Shown here one piece after another: positions 53,396 to 63,301 of a DNA stretch of 64,000 bases (positions are counted from its first letter, which is position 1; each line of letters opens with the position of its first letter). The position numbers and the translations under genes are program-made. The stretch spans positions 62,001 through 126,000 of the forward strand of contig OZ025728.1 in NCBI GenBank assembly GCA_964019335.1, written 5' to 3'. The stretch comes from Diplonema japonicum (taxonomy: Eukaryota; Protista; Euglenozoa: Diplonemea). Below the pieces are notes generated by a model. It ran no database searches, was not told where the DNA came from, and was given only the letters and a program-made list of their open reading frames with translations.

Positions 53396-54478
53396 TCACA
53401 TCTTAGCAACAAGGGTCGCCCTCTGCGAAAGTATCTGAGCAGCCTCCGTCACCATCTCGTTGACGATAAGCCCCGCGGGCTGTACACTCTTAATCCCACC
53501 AGCAGCCTGCCCAACAATTTGCGGGTACACCTTGGCGAGTGACCAAGGAGTGTTGTTCTTTTTCGCCTCCTTCGCCTCCCACTGAATAGGGACGGAACCC
53601 TGAGAGACGAGGTGGTTAATCTTGGCAGGGTCCTTTTCCCATGTGGAGTTGTGCTCGTTGCGGACCACGCGCATGGGCCTACCAGAGTAGATAACGGTCC
53701 GGATAGTGTCGGAGGGGCCGGCTGATACAACGGCGTCCTTGTGGCGGTCACCTGCATTGGCTTCTTTGGAGGCGACAAAACGAGTACCGACCCAAACGGC
53801 ATCTGCGCCCAGTGCAAGCGAAGCAGCGACACCCCTCCCGTTGTAAATTCCGCCGGCAGCAATCACATGAACATCACCACCGTGAAGCTCCGATTTTCTC
53901 CCTTTGCACTTTTCCAAACACATAGGAATGAGGGCCATTGTCCCAACCTCCCCTGTATGCCCGCCAGCTTCATACCCCTGGCAACAGACCATGTCTACCC
54001 CTACTGCAAGAGCCTTGTCTACATGGTGGGGGTGTCCACACATGTTCATTACAAGAATGCCGGCTTTGTGGAGCTTTTCAACAACCCATCTTGGGGGGAC
54101 GCCAACGGCGGAGGTGAAGAGTCTAGTTTTTTCTTCGATGATGATGTCGATGAGCTCCTCTAGCTTGCCCTCGGTGTAATCGCTGTTTGTTTTACGCGCC
54201 TTCCCGTCAAGCTGCGGTAGGAGCAGGTCGACCCCGAAGCAGGTATCGTCATCTAGAAGGTTCTTTAGTTTGTGGATTTCCTTCCTTAACGTGGCGGGCT
54301 CCAACCCTACCCCTCCAATGTTCCCTAAGCCTCCAGCGTTGCTGACGGCTGCGGCCAAGGGGGCAGCTGCTACTGATCCCATGCCAGCGAGAAGTACAGG
54401 GTGCTTGATCTTCAGTAGATCCGTAACGTTCGTCTTCAGGATCTGGTCCAGCTTCGGTATTGGGGTGGATGCCGGCAT
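53396..54478 (-). CDS. Nitronate monooxygenase / 2-nitropropane dioxygenase-like FMN enzyme with a PTS1 (-AKM)
   Basis: Motifs HPVLLAGMG, AAAVSNAGGLG, QGYEAGGHTG, IAAGGI and LGADAVWVGTRFVASKEA; ends AKM*. Confidence 0.94.
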   Translation of the reverse strand: MPASTPIPKLDQILKTNVTDLLKIKHPVLLAGMGSVAAAPLAAAVSNAGGLGNIGGVGLEPATLRKEIHKLKNLLDDDTCFGVDLLLPQLDGKARKTNSDYTEGKLEELIDIIIEEKTRLFTSAVGVPPRWVVEKLHKAGILVMNMCGHPHHVDKALAVGVDMVCCQGYEAGGHTGEVGTMALIPMCLEKCKGRKSELHGGDVHVIAAGGIYNGRGVAASLALGADAVWVGTRFVASKEANAGDRHKDAVVSAGPSDTIRTVIYSGRPMRVVRNEHNSTWEKDPAKINHLVSQGSVPIQWEAKEAKKNNTPWSLAKVYPQIVGQAAGGIKSVQPAGLIVNEMVTEAAQILSQRATLVAKM

Positions 54479-55409
54479 TTTATTTTTATTTTGTTGTTGT
54501 TGTTGTTGTGTGTTCGGCTGTATGTTTTTTTTTTTTTTTTTTTGTTTCAGTGAATTTTTAAAAAAAAAAAAAAGTGGGGGAAAAAGAGGTGGGGAGGGGA
54601 AAAAAAAAAGTGGGAAATATGGGTGGGGGGATAATAGAGGAGAAAATAATTGGGGTGGTGTGCGTGTGTTGGGATTTTCGGAAAAAAAAAAAATAATAAA
54701 ATAAAATAAAAATAACGTAAGAGGGCGCTGTTGTTACATCCCCCTCCCCTCGTTTTACTTCCTGTTTGAAAGGGGGGAGGAGAGAAAAAAAAAAAAAAAA
54801 AGCAGAAAACTTGTTTTTGCGACCCTTCCATCTTTGTGTTTTTTTTTTTTTTTCTTCTTTTTTTTTTTTGTGCGCACTTTTATCAATGTCTTCTCAAATA
54901 GATTTCTTTTTCGGACCTTTTTGAAAAACTCTTCTTTTTTTTCTCGTTTCCATTTAAGTCCAAAATGCGGTAAATATGCTACCGACTAAAGAGAAGAAAA
55001 TGATTATGGTAATGTGAAGAAGAAAAAAAAAAAAAAAAAAAAAAAAAAGGCGTGCAATTTTAGAAAATATTTTGTTTTCCTTGTTGTGGATGGGAAAAGA
55101 ACAGGGCAAAAAGTTACTCTTTTTTTTTCCCCCCCCCAGTTCGCCATGAGACAAAAAAAAATACAAAAAGAAGAAAAAAAAAAAAGACCCCAAACCCCCC
55201 TGGAACAGATTACCCCATTTTGTTTTTTACCGATTATTTGTGTGAAAAAAAAAAAAGGAAAGCAACAAACCGAAAAGAAATATAAAAGAGTTCTTTTTTT
55301 TTTTAAAAAATCAGACACATCTTGCTGGCTTGCCAAGCCCACCAGTTTTAAGGAGGCCTCTGTGGTGGTGCCAGAAAAAAAAGAGGGGAAAAAGGGGAAG
55401 GAACCAAAA

Positions 55410-55444
<35 letters not shown>

Positions 55445-55997
55445 CTTTTTTTTTTCTTTTTTTTTTTTCCAGCGCGATTGTGCCAGGTGAATATACTAAC
55501 TTTTGCACCCAATCTTTTTTTTTTTTTTTCATCCTCCTTTTTCTTTTCATGCACTAACGAAAAAAATTCACTGTGATATCACAACAGGAAAGGGATGTTG
55601 TAAAAATTAATTAAAAGAAAATTCACTATGATAGAACGAAGTGGTTAGCAACGGCCCGCGAGAAAATATAGATGACCGACCTCGTTGCTGACCTGCCGTT
55701 GCTTCTTCAACTTCTTCTAGGTGGGTATTCGTAACCTTCGAAGTTAAATTTTGCTCTGCCCTTGATCCACCGGATCACCGCCAGAAAAAGTCGTGTTGGT
55801 GTGTATACTCCCTTTTACGGCTCAGAACAGAAAAGGCATCCCTTCCAAAAAAAAAAAAAAAAAGAGAAAAGTGGAGGGGGGGATTAAAAAAAAAAATGAT
55901 GAATTCTTTTGGGGAAGGGGAAATGTGCACAAAGGGGGGGGGGGGGGGGGGGAAACCTTAAAAACCAGAAACAGAACAATTTTTTTTTTTGAACCTT

Positions 55998-56015
55998 TTA
56001 GTTTTTGCCACGGCG

Positions 56016-56051
<36 letters not shown>

Positions 56052-59000
56052 CCTCCTTCATACCCTCGCAACGTCTTAATCTTTGTGTGTGCCTGAGCTC
56101 TGGGGGGAACATAAACAGCGGACTTTGGAGGCTGAGCCTGAACACTGGGTAGCAACTGCGTCAACGCAGGCCCACCACCTGAGGAAGAGCTTTGAACACT
56201 GACATTAGAAGCGATGGACGAATTAGGACACATTGACTCAATGCTCGACTGCTGCCTCTCAAGCTTCTCAAGTTTCTGCAAAATCGTAACAACGGGCTGC
56301 GGGACTGGACGGCTCACGGGGTCCAGATCCCAAAGCTTGTCATGGATAACATTCCACAACTCCATAGATATAGGCGTGTGTAGGTGCGTTGGCTGTCTCG
56401 GCCTCTGTATAATTTTTTTTTTTTCTAAAAAAAAAAAAAAAAAAAAAAAAATCCATACCCTCTTCGCCTTTAACTCAGTCAATGCATGTTCCTTCCACCC
56501 CTCCCTCCCCCGTTCACAATCGTCAAAGTACGGCTCACCCTGTAACACCTCATACAAAAGGCACCCTAAAGACCATGAATCGTGGGCCTTCGTCGCCCGT
56601 CTTTCAGAATGCTGGAGTAGAATCACTTCCGGTGGTGCCCATGGAATGCAAATCGCCTGGATGGGGTCGCGCTCCTTCGCAAGAAGACCAACATCAGCGA
56701 GCTTGTAACAGTCGATACCAGTGGGATTCGGCACCGTGAGCAATACGTTTCGAGCCGCAACATCCAAATGAACCACACCTTGGGAATGCAAGTGGGACAA
56801 TGCTTGCGCCATAGATACCCCAACTTGAATGGCTATTGTAAGCCGTTCATCGGCACCAGGGGGGAGCTGCTCAAGCTTTGATTTCAACGTGCCACCATGA
56901 CAGAATTCAGTAATCATGTACAGCGTGCCATCTGGCATCGATTCCGACCAACCATAACAAGCTAGGATTCTGTTGTATCTAAGCCCGAGGAGTACTTCTA
57001 TCTCTTTGACGAATTTCTTTTTCGAGTCTCGGGTTCGGTTTGTCAGCTCCTTTACGGCAACCTCGTCGTGAACGTCTTGCTTCTCGCATTTGTAAACTTT
57101 TCCGAACCCGCCCTCGCCGACTTTTTTCCAGTCTGACGACAGGGTGTCGAAACCGATAAAAAATTCGCTGGGCAGCCCCGCTGCGTAATTCGCATCTTCA
57201 GATGTACACGACGTTGGTTCGTCGTCAGCGTGGGCGTTTTTCAAATCGTAACCGGTGTATCGGGAATAGACGGAGTCGAATGCGTCTTCTTGCGGGGTGA
57301 TGGGGTCGTAGGGATTTGCTTCACCTTCTTCGCTGAGCGGCATTGTGTTATCACGCCCGTTAACGTCTCCTGGTGGAGCGACTTGAGGAGAGACTACAAC
57401 GTCGAAATTGAACAAACCGATCATAGGGTGGAGGTGGGTAATGTCGTCAGGTAAGTCCCACGTCGCGACAAGACGTTCGTTTATGTAGAACGTTATGAGA
57501 CGTGCGTCAAAATCAGCTTGCGAGCCGATTATATCGCCTTGGCCTATTACCGTAGCCGGGATGGATGGGACGGATCCCTTTTTCGTGGTTACTTCTTGGC
57601 CGTCGTATGAGATTGCTTCTTCCCAACCTTTGCTGATCTTGGCGTTGAGCCAGCCTATTTTGCATGTCGACGTGTTTCGTGTTCCTTTTAAAACCTCGAT
57701 CTCGAAGTAGGCTTGCCATTCCCCATAACGCCGTTTAGTCCTCGCGATGCCCCACTTCCCTGATGTCGACACAAGTTCCGTAGCCCCGAAAGAAGTCCCG
57801 TTTCGTTTAACTTTTTTGGTGAGTTCCCTTGCTTCCCAGTCGGTGTAGCATGGTTGTGACAGTAATTCACGTTCAGACAGCTCTCGGAGTTGGTTTTCCG
57901 TCCAGTTTCGAGTTTTTTGAAGCTCGATTTGAGCCTCTGTTTCGACGAGGTGTCGGGCGCGGGATTCTTCAGAGTTCAGCCCGTTCCGCTGGCACACTAT
58001 TTTGAAATCGGATTCCGGGGCTGCCTGCACCTCGCCGTCAAGAATTTGATACAAAGATTCAACACCCCCACCCATCGAGGTTTTGAACAGTGTAACGATT
58101 GACGTCAACAACCCATAAATAAGCGGCGCGAAACTATAAATATCAATTTGAGGAGATCGTGCCAAAGGCAACCTTGTCATTTTCAACGTTTTGCAAAGCT
58201 CCGTACACGTCAGGCAGACTTCATAGTTAGGTTCCGTGGGGCCGCGGTAACCCGCCGCCACGGTTTGTTCCACCCATTGTATTTGAAACTTGATCTTCCC
58301 GTTTCTCCACGTCCCGCAGTGCTCGGTTTTAACAAGCTGGGTACGCTCGGGGTGTTTGTGCTTTCGCCTAATGCACTCAAATTGTATATCGCTTGCGACA
58401 ACGGGAGGGCAGAGATTCCCCTTAGAGTTCACAAGCATGCTCTGCAACCAGTCTAGAACTTCCTTATCAGAAACGTTGTCCTCTGAGCACAGCCTGTGCG
58501 TTTCCACACGAACCCGGAAGTCTCTCGAGCAGGGCGAGTTGTGGTTAAGAACGTCATATCGAAGTTTTTTAAGCGTGGGGTAGTCAACATCACGGAGGAG
58601 CTTTCTGATGATTATGTTTTCAGATCTACCGTCGTTTGAAATGTACGCTGTGTGGGTGCGTTTGTCGCCTTTTTTGATGTAGATTTGCCATCTGCGGGAC
58701 TTTTCGATGTTTTGAGGTGGGGTTTGCTTCATGAAATTGGCGTTTTCAAGACAAGATATCAGCTCGGGGATACGATCTGGAGGGATAGTTGTGTCGAAGC
58801 GGCGTTTGCACCCTTTCGCGGCTAGGTCTTCCCGTGTGTTAGGATGCGCGTGTCGCAGGGTCCCCACTGCGAGTTTCATTCTTGTGTGCATTAGCCCTAC
58901 TTCGTGGTGCCGCATGAAGTACTTGGAAATTTCTTTAACACCTTTTGCAACGATGTAGTCCCCGTTGTCGCTTTCCATAACCACTGGAGGTGAGTAACAG

Positions 59001-59164
59001 TCGTCTGGTTCGCTCGGTTCCGAGGCGTATCCTCTACCCCGTCCCTTTCCCCTCCATTTTCCCGACGCGCTACGGGGTGGTTGTTGTCGGCCGACTCCCC
59101 TTCCACTACCAGGTGCTTTATATAGCCTCGGCGACGCCGGCAGGTTGCTGCCATTCGGCTGCAT
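55998..59164 (-). CDS. Multidomain protein kinase: CYTH/TTM-like N-domain, SPRY domain and tyrosine-kinase-like catalytic domain; predicted introns 56405-56458 and 56017-56063
   Basis: Kinase motifs GEGGFGKV, VAVKE, HLDVAARN, LADVG, PWAPPE and DSWSLG. SPRY motifs AYFEIEV..KIGW..ISYDG..GDIIG..ITFYIN. Splicing removes the poly-Phe and poly-Lys stretches. Confidence 0.88.
56017..56063 (-). other. Probable 47-nt GT-AG intron (GTATGAAGGAGG-A34-G)
   Basis: It has a GTATG donor like two of the other introns. Removal replaces a poly-Lys tail with ...TLRGRRGKN*. There is no homology check, so this is less certain. Confidence 0.55.
56405..56458 (-). other. 54-nt in-frame GT-AG intron that folds as a hairpin
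   Basis: Sequence GTATGGA-T25-AG-A12-TTATACAG. Removal restores the kinase C-lobe (LKAKR|RPRQP..LWDLDPVSRP). Confidence 0.9.
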
Positions 59165-59216
59165 CTTCTTTTTTTTTTCAACACAAAAGATTTAACACAA
59201 AAAAAAGGAAATGGGG

Positions 59217-59251
<35 letters not shown>

Positions 59252-59432
59252 GGGGGGGGGGTATATACTAAATTTTTTTCCCAAAAGAAATCGTTCTTTT
59301 TTACCTCATTTCTTTTTCCTTATATGGGATTTTTTTTTAGTGGTGGGGGGGGGTGTTTTTTTTTTCTCTTAAGGTTGTTGTGTGTGTGTTTTTTTTTCTT
59401 TTTTTTTATTCCTTTTGTTTTTCGCCCTGTGG

Positions 59433-59581
59433 TATGGATATGGATATGGATATGGATATGGATATGGATATGGATATGGATATGGATATGGATATGGATA
59501 TGGATATGGATATGGATATGGATATGGATATGGATATGGATATGGATATGGATATGGATATGGATATGGATATGGATATGG
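59433..59581 (+). repeat. Perfect (TATGGA)24-25 hexanucleotide microsatellite
   Basis: Uninterrupted array about 50 nt downstream of the LRR gene stop. Confidence 0.97.
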
Positions 59582-59630
59582 GTTCAAATAAATAAATAAA
59601 ATATGAAAGTACATAATGAAACAAAACAGC

Positions 59631-60416
59631 TCACCCCCAACTGGGTCGTGCGTAAACAATGGGCACCAAAGGTGTGGATGTTGGGATGGTATAGAATTCA
59701 GTGGTGGCGCCCCACCTGAAAATGTGGACTTGTACCTCACCGCCTTTAACCTGCGAGATCGTAGTGAGAGATTTTTTGAGGGCGGGGATGTCCTCCTTGT
59801 GGGCTTTACCAACATACAACACACCCCCACCCCGCGAGCGGAGGGCCGACGCGAGAGCCGTGGCACCCTTTATCCAACCAGTACCAGCGTTGCCTGATGC
59901 ATCTATTTCCATGCACGACAGTGGAAGGGCGTTTGCTGCTGCTTGAAGACCGGTGAAACCTGCCTCGTTTCCGGCAATATCAATTCTGCGAAGCCCTTCA
60001 AGCTGTTCATTAAATTCTATGAGCCAGCGGCTGACGCGCCGCAGGCCGTCGTCTCTTAGCTTCATGGTAGGGTGCTGGAGGATGAGAACACGGAGTTCGC
60101 CGTTGTTGTGCAGAATTTCCATCTCCGACATTTTCTCTGCGATCCACTGTGGCCGGGTGTGCTTGGGCATGACCCACTCAACAATCCTCCACAGCACCCC
60201 CCACATATCCTCCTGGTCTGGGTCCTCCTTTTGCTGGTCCTTCATGGCTTTTTGTACGTTTGGCTGCAGTGCGATTGGGTGCACAGAATTCTCCCGCCCC
60301 CTCTCCGCAATGCACTCCTTCTTCTCATCCCTTACGCCGTGGTTATACAAATCCGCTGCCTGCCGCTGCCTCGCGAGCTTAACCTGCTGGTACGTGGCCG
60401 GCTTTTTGCGCTGCAT
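59631..60416 (-). CDS. Small protein with short RNI-like leucine-rich repeats
   Basis: LRVLIL..KLRDDGL, LRRIDIAGNEAGFTGL and EIDASGN. First ATG at 60416. Confidence 0.75.
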   Translation of the reverse strand: MQRKKPATYQQVKLARQRQAADLYNHGVRDEKKECIAERGRENSVHPIALQPNVQKAMKDQQKEDPDQEDMWGVLWRIVEWVMPKHTRPQWIAEKMSEMEILHNNGELRVLILQHPTMKLRDDGLRRVSRWLIEFNEQLEGLRRIDIAGNEAGFTGLQAAANALPLSCMEIDASGNAGTGWIKGATALASALRSRGGGVLYVGKAHKEDIPALKKSLTTISQVKGGEVQVHIFRWGATTEFYTIPTSTPLVPIVYARPSWG

Positions 60417-60735
60417 TTCCCCCCTTTTTTTTTTTTTTTTTTTTATAACTGCAACGTCGGTGGAGGGAGTGGTGCACACTGCCGAGGTGACGATCCACAG
60501 AGTAGGGGCTGCGGAGATTCAGAATGCGTAGTTGGGGGCTTTCGACTTTGCACCGTGTTAAAATCTCGAAGGAATGGGGGGGAAAAAAAAAAAAAAGGAA
60601 AAAAGAGAGGGGAAAAAAACCTGCACGAGCAACGCTCGGCTAGGTGTGACGAATGGAAGGGGGGAGGGAGGGGAGCAGCTTTTTTTTTTTTTTTATGAGA
60701 AGGTTTGTAGGAGTTCATTTTCCCGATCTTATGTA

Positions 60736-60772
<37 letters not shown>

Positions 60773-61223
60773 GGGGAAACACGCTAGAGAAATAAAGAAA
60801 TTCGATCTTTAAAGGTGACACGAGTCAAACGGCGCTCAGTACGACCACCACAGTCGGCTCCAGGTGTACAATATTTGTAGTCAAACGACACTTTGGAATG
60901 AGTTTTTAATCTTCTAACCAGCATGTACCCTTGTTTTGAGAGGTCTGTCTGTGCCTGGGTGGCAGTTGCCCTGTCACCCTGACACAGATTTTCCAGAAAT
61001 GGCTCGCTTAAGGGGAGGTGTCATGACGCACCTAGATCCTGCCAAAGTTCTTGCTGCGGGAGGAGGAGAGGAGAGGAGAGGAAAGGGAAGGGAAGGGGGC
61101 AAAAAAAAGTGGAGAAAACGAAAGAAAGCAAAGATAAAGGCATTTTTTTCCCCCCTTTCTGATCTTGAAGACTCCTTTGTTTTTTTTAGCTCCGCTTTTT
61201 CCTCCTCCGTCACCTCTTTCCTC

Positions 61224-61259
<36 letters not shown>

Positions 61260-61627
61260 AGAGAGTAGTGGTGGCTGAAATGTTTAAATAGCATGCAGTA
61301 TTTCTATCCCAGGATATTTTTACGCCGCGTGCTGTGCACAAAAAAACTCCATCCTCCCCCCCCCTGTTGGGCTTTTACCAATTGTTACCCGAAGAATAGT
61401 TCTTTTTAAGGGAAAAAAAAAAAAAAAAATGCTTCTAGCAAAAAAAAAAAAAGTAACGGTAACTTTTTTTTAAAGAATATGAGATGTAGCTGATTTCACT
61501 TTTCTTTCTATTTTTCTTTCAAAAAAAAAATATATATACGAGAATGGGAAGAAAAGTACAGGCAAGGGGGGAGGAGGGCGCGGTACACCTTTCAGTCAAA
61601 AGAAGGAAACCCTTACGCCCAATAATC

Positions 61628-63301
61628 TCAACGAGGCCCGGAGAGGGAAGGTGGGTCAAAACAGGTGCACTTCGGTGCACCCATCCCGTTGCCAGTACGG
61701 ACAGGGGCAGGGGCCTTCCTACACAAAGGCTTCTCAAGACACCCCTTTAGTGCATCGTGCCGACACTGAGCGTCCCCAGAGCAGGCCGCTTCATCGTGGT
61801 GAAGGGAACACTGCTGCCCAGAGTTCTGTACGAACACCGAAACGTGAAGAAAATCCCTCATCACAGGGACAATGACAGGTGCTTCACCAGCCGCCACCTC
61901 CATCTTGAAAATTGCAGTCGGGCGGGGATTCATCTCAGAAGGAGCCCCCATGAAGGTGGGGACGTACTTCGGCCCACAGCTGCCCGCTTCGAATCCAGCG
62001 TCCAGAAGACCGCGAGGGAAGCCTCCGTTCATGGCACTGCTGCAAGGGAGGCAGTTGTGGAATGTAACGTAAAACGTGCATGGGAGGTTGCCAGAGTTCG
62101 ACGGGCACGTCATTTTCATCGACATCCCACTACTCCCCTCTGCCATCATGTGTACTGTTGACCCTGCCAGCCAAGTCGGAATTTTTTCCCACCTCTGCCC
62201 GCTTACATCGTCCTCCACAAATGAACCCACAACAGGCTTCACCACAGGGGGGTTCCCGCCGATGAGTTCAACAGTGGGATTCGCAGTAGGGACACTGAAG
62301 ACGGCGAACTTTCTCTCGTTGTTGCTGAGGTAGAGCGTGCTGTCTTCCACGACAAGGGATTTGGGTTTGCCGACACTGGAACCGTCGTTAGCGCGGTGGG
62401 CGAGGAGAGAAAACATGCCGGGTGCCTCCTGCAAAACCACAAGCCCGTTGTCAACACACGCGAGGTAAATCCTCGAATTATGAAGCTCAATGTCTCGACA
62501 GCCCTCGGCAACGCTAGGAACGGTGATGACCTCCACCGCACCGGTCGAAATATCAATTTTTGCAGGCTTGTCGCCCATACCAGACACAAAGGTGGTGCTC
62601 ATGTACAAAAAACCGTCCTTAACAGCAATCCTTACGGGGCCGGGTACATTGGGATTCGGAACAGACATCACAGGTCCTAAAACAGGCGTCGAAGGGCTGG
62701 AAACATCGATGATTTGGAGCTCTGCGGATGTCTGGACAGCATACAGTTTACCGTCGTCATATACCATGTCTTTTGTTGATGAAAAGAAGCCTGGGATCTG
62801 CGTGGTGCTTATTTTAGTGAGGGCGGCGTTCTTGCTGAAGATGACGAGGTAATTCTGTGCACTCTCGTAGCAGGTCACGAATAGATGGTCTGCAGATACA
62901 GTAACACCTCGGAAAGCACCGCTTCGAATGCAGGAGGCGGAACGGAGTTCCACTTCCCTCAGCAATATCGGGGACTCGGGGTTCGTGGCAATGTTGTAAA
63001 CACCTACAGTTGTTGCAAATTGTGCGAACAGCAAGCCGTTCCCCACCTGTAGCCCGCTAGCATATTTACCCACATCAGCCAATGTGTTTGTCAAAGTTGG
63101 GGGTGATGTGTCCGTTCTGTAGATGTCTATGCTACCTCCGTCTTGTGCTGCATATAAGTAGTTCCCGTGTTTTACCATGTCGTGCGCGCCACCGTAGTTT
63201 GAGGGTGGTAACGAGTCAAAAATACCGGTCAGAACAAGCTCGTTCCCTCCTGCAAGCCCTGCAATTGCGCATAATAATAATAATGCTGTTTTCGCCGGCA
63301 T
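61628..63301 (-). CDS. Secreted LVIVD-type beta-propeller protein with a Cys-rich C-terminal domain; paralogous to the N-terminus of 41607-43970
   Basis: Signal peptide, LQIIDVSSPSTP, and GCRDIELHNSRIYLACVDNG (cf. [20 protein letters not shown] in the paralog). Confidence 0.85.
   Translation of the reverse strand: MPAKTALLLLCAIAGLAGGNELVLTGIFDSLPPSNYGGAHDMVKHGNYLYAAQDGGSIDIYRTDTSPPTLTNTLADVGKYASGLQVGNGLLFAQFATTVGVYNIATNPESPILLREVELRSASCIRSGAFRGVTVSADHLFVTCYESAQNYLVIFSKNAALTKISTTQIPGFFSSTKDMVYDDGKLYAVQTSAELQIIDVSSPSTPVLGPVMSVPNPNVPGPVRIAVKDGFLYMSTTFVSGMGDKPAKIDISTGAVEVITVPSVAEGCRDIELHNSRIYLACVDNGLVVLQEAPGMFSLLAHRANDGSSVGKPKSLVVEDSTLYLSNNERKFAVFSVPTANPTVELIGGNPPVVKPVVGSFVEDDVSGQRWEKIPTWLAGSTVHMMAEGSSGMSMKMTCPSNSGNLPCTFYVTFHNCLPCSSAMNGGFPRGLLDAGFEAGSCGPKYVPTFMGAPSEMNPRPTAIFKMEVAAGEAPVIVPVMRDFLHVSVFVQNSGQQCSLHHDEAACSGDAQCRHDALKGCLEKPLCRKAPAPVRTGNGMGAPKCTCFDPPSLSGPR

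Noticed and set aside
59324-59624. WI, MD, YG, PY and IS dipeptide-repeat ORFs
   Set aside because: They are six-frame readings of the TATGGA microsatellite.
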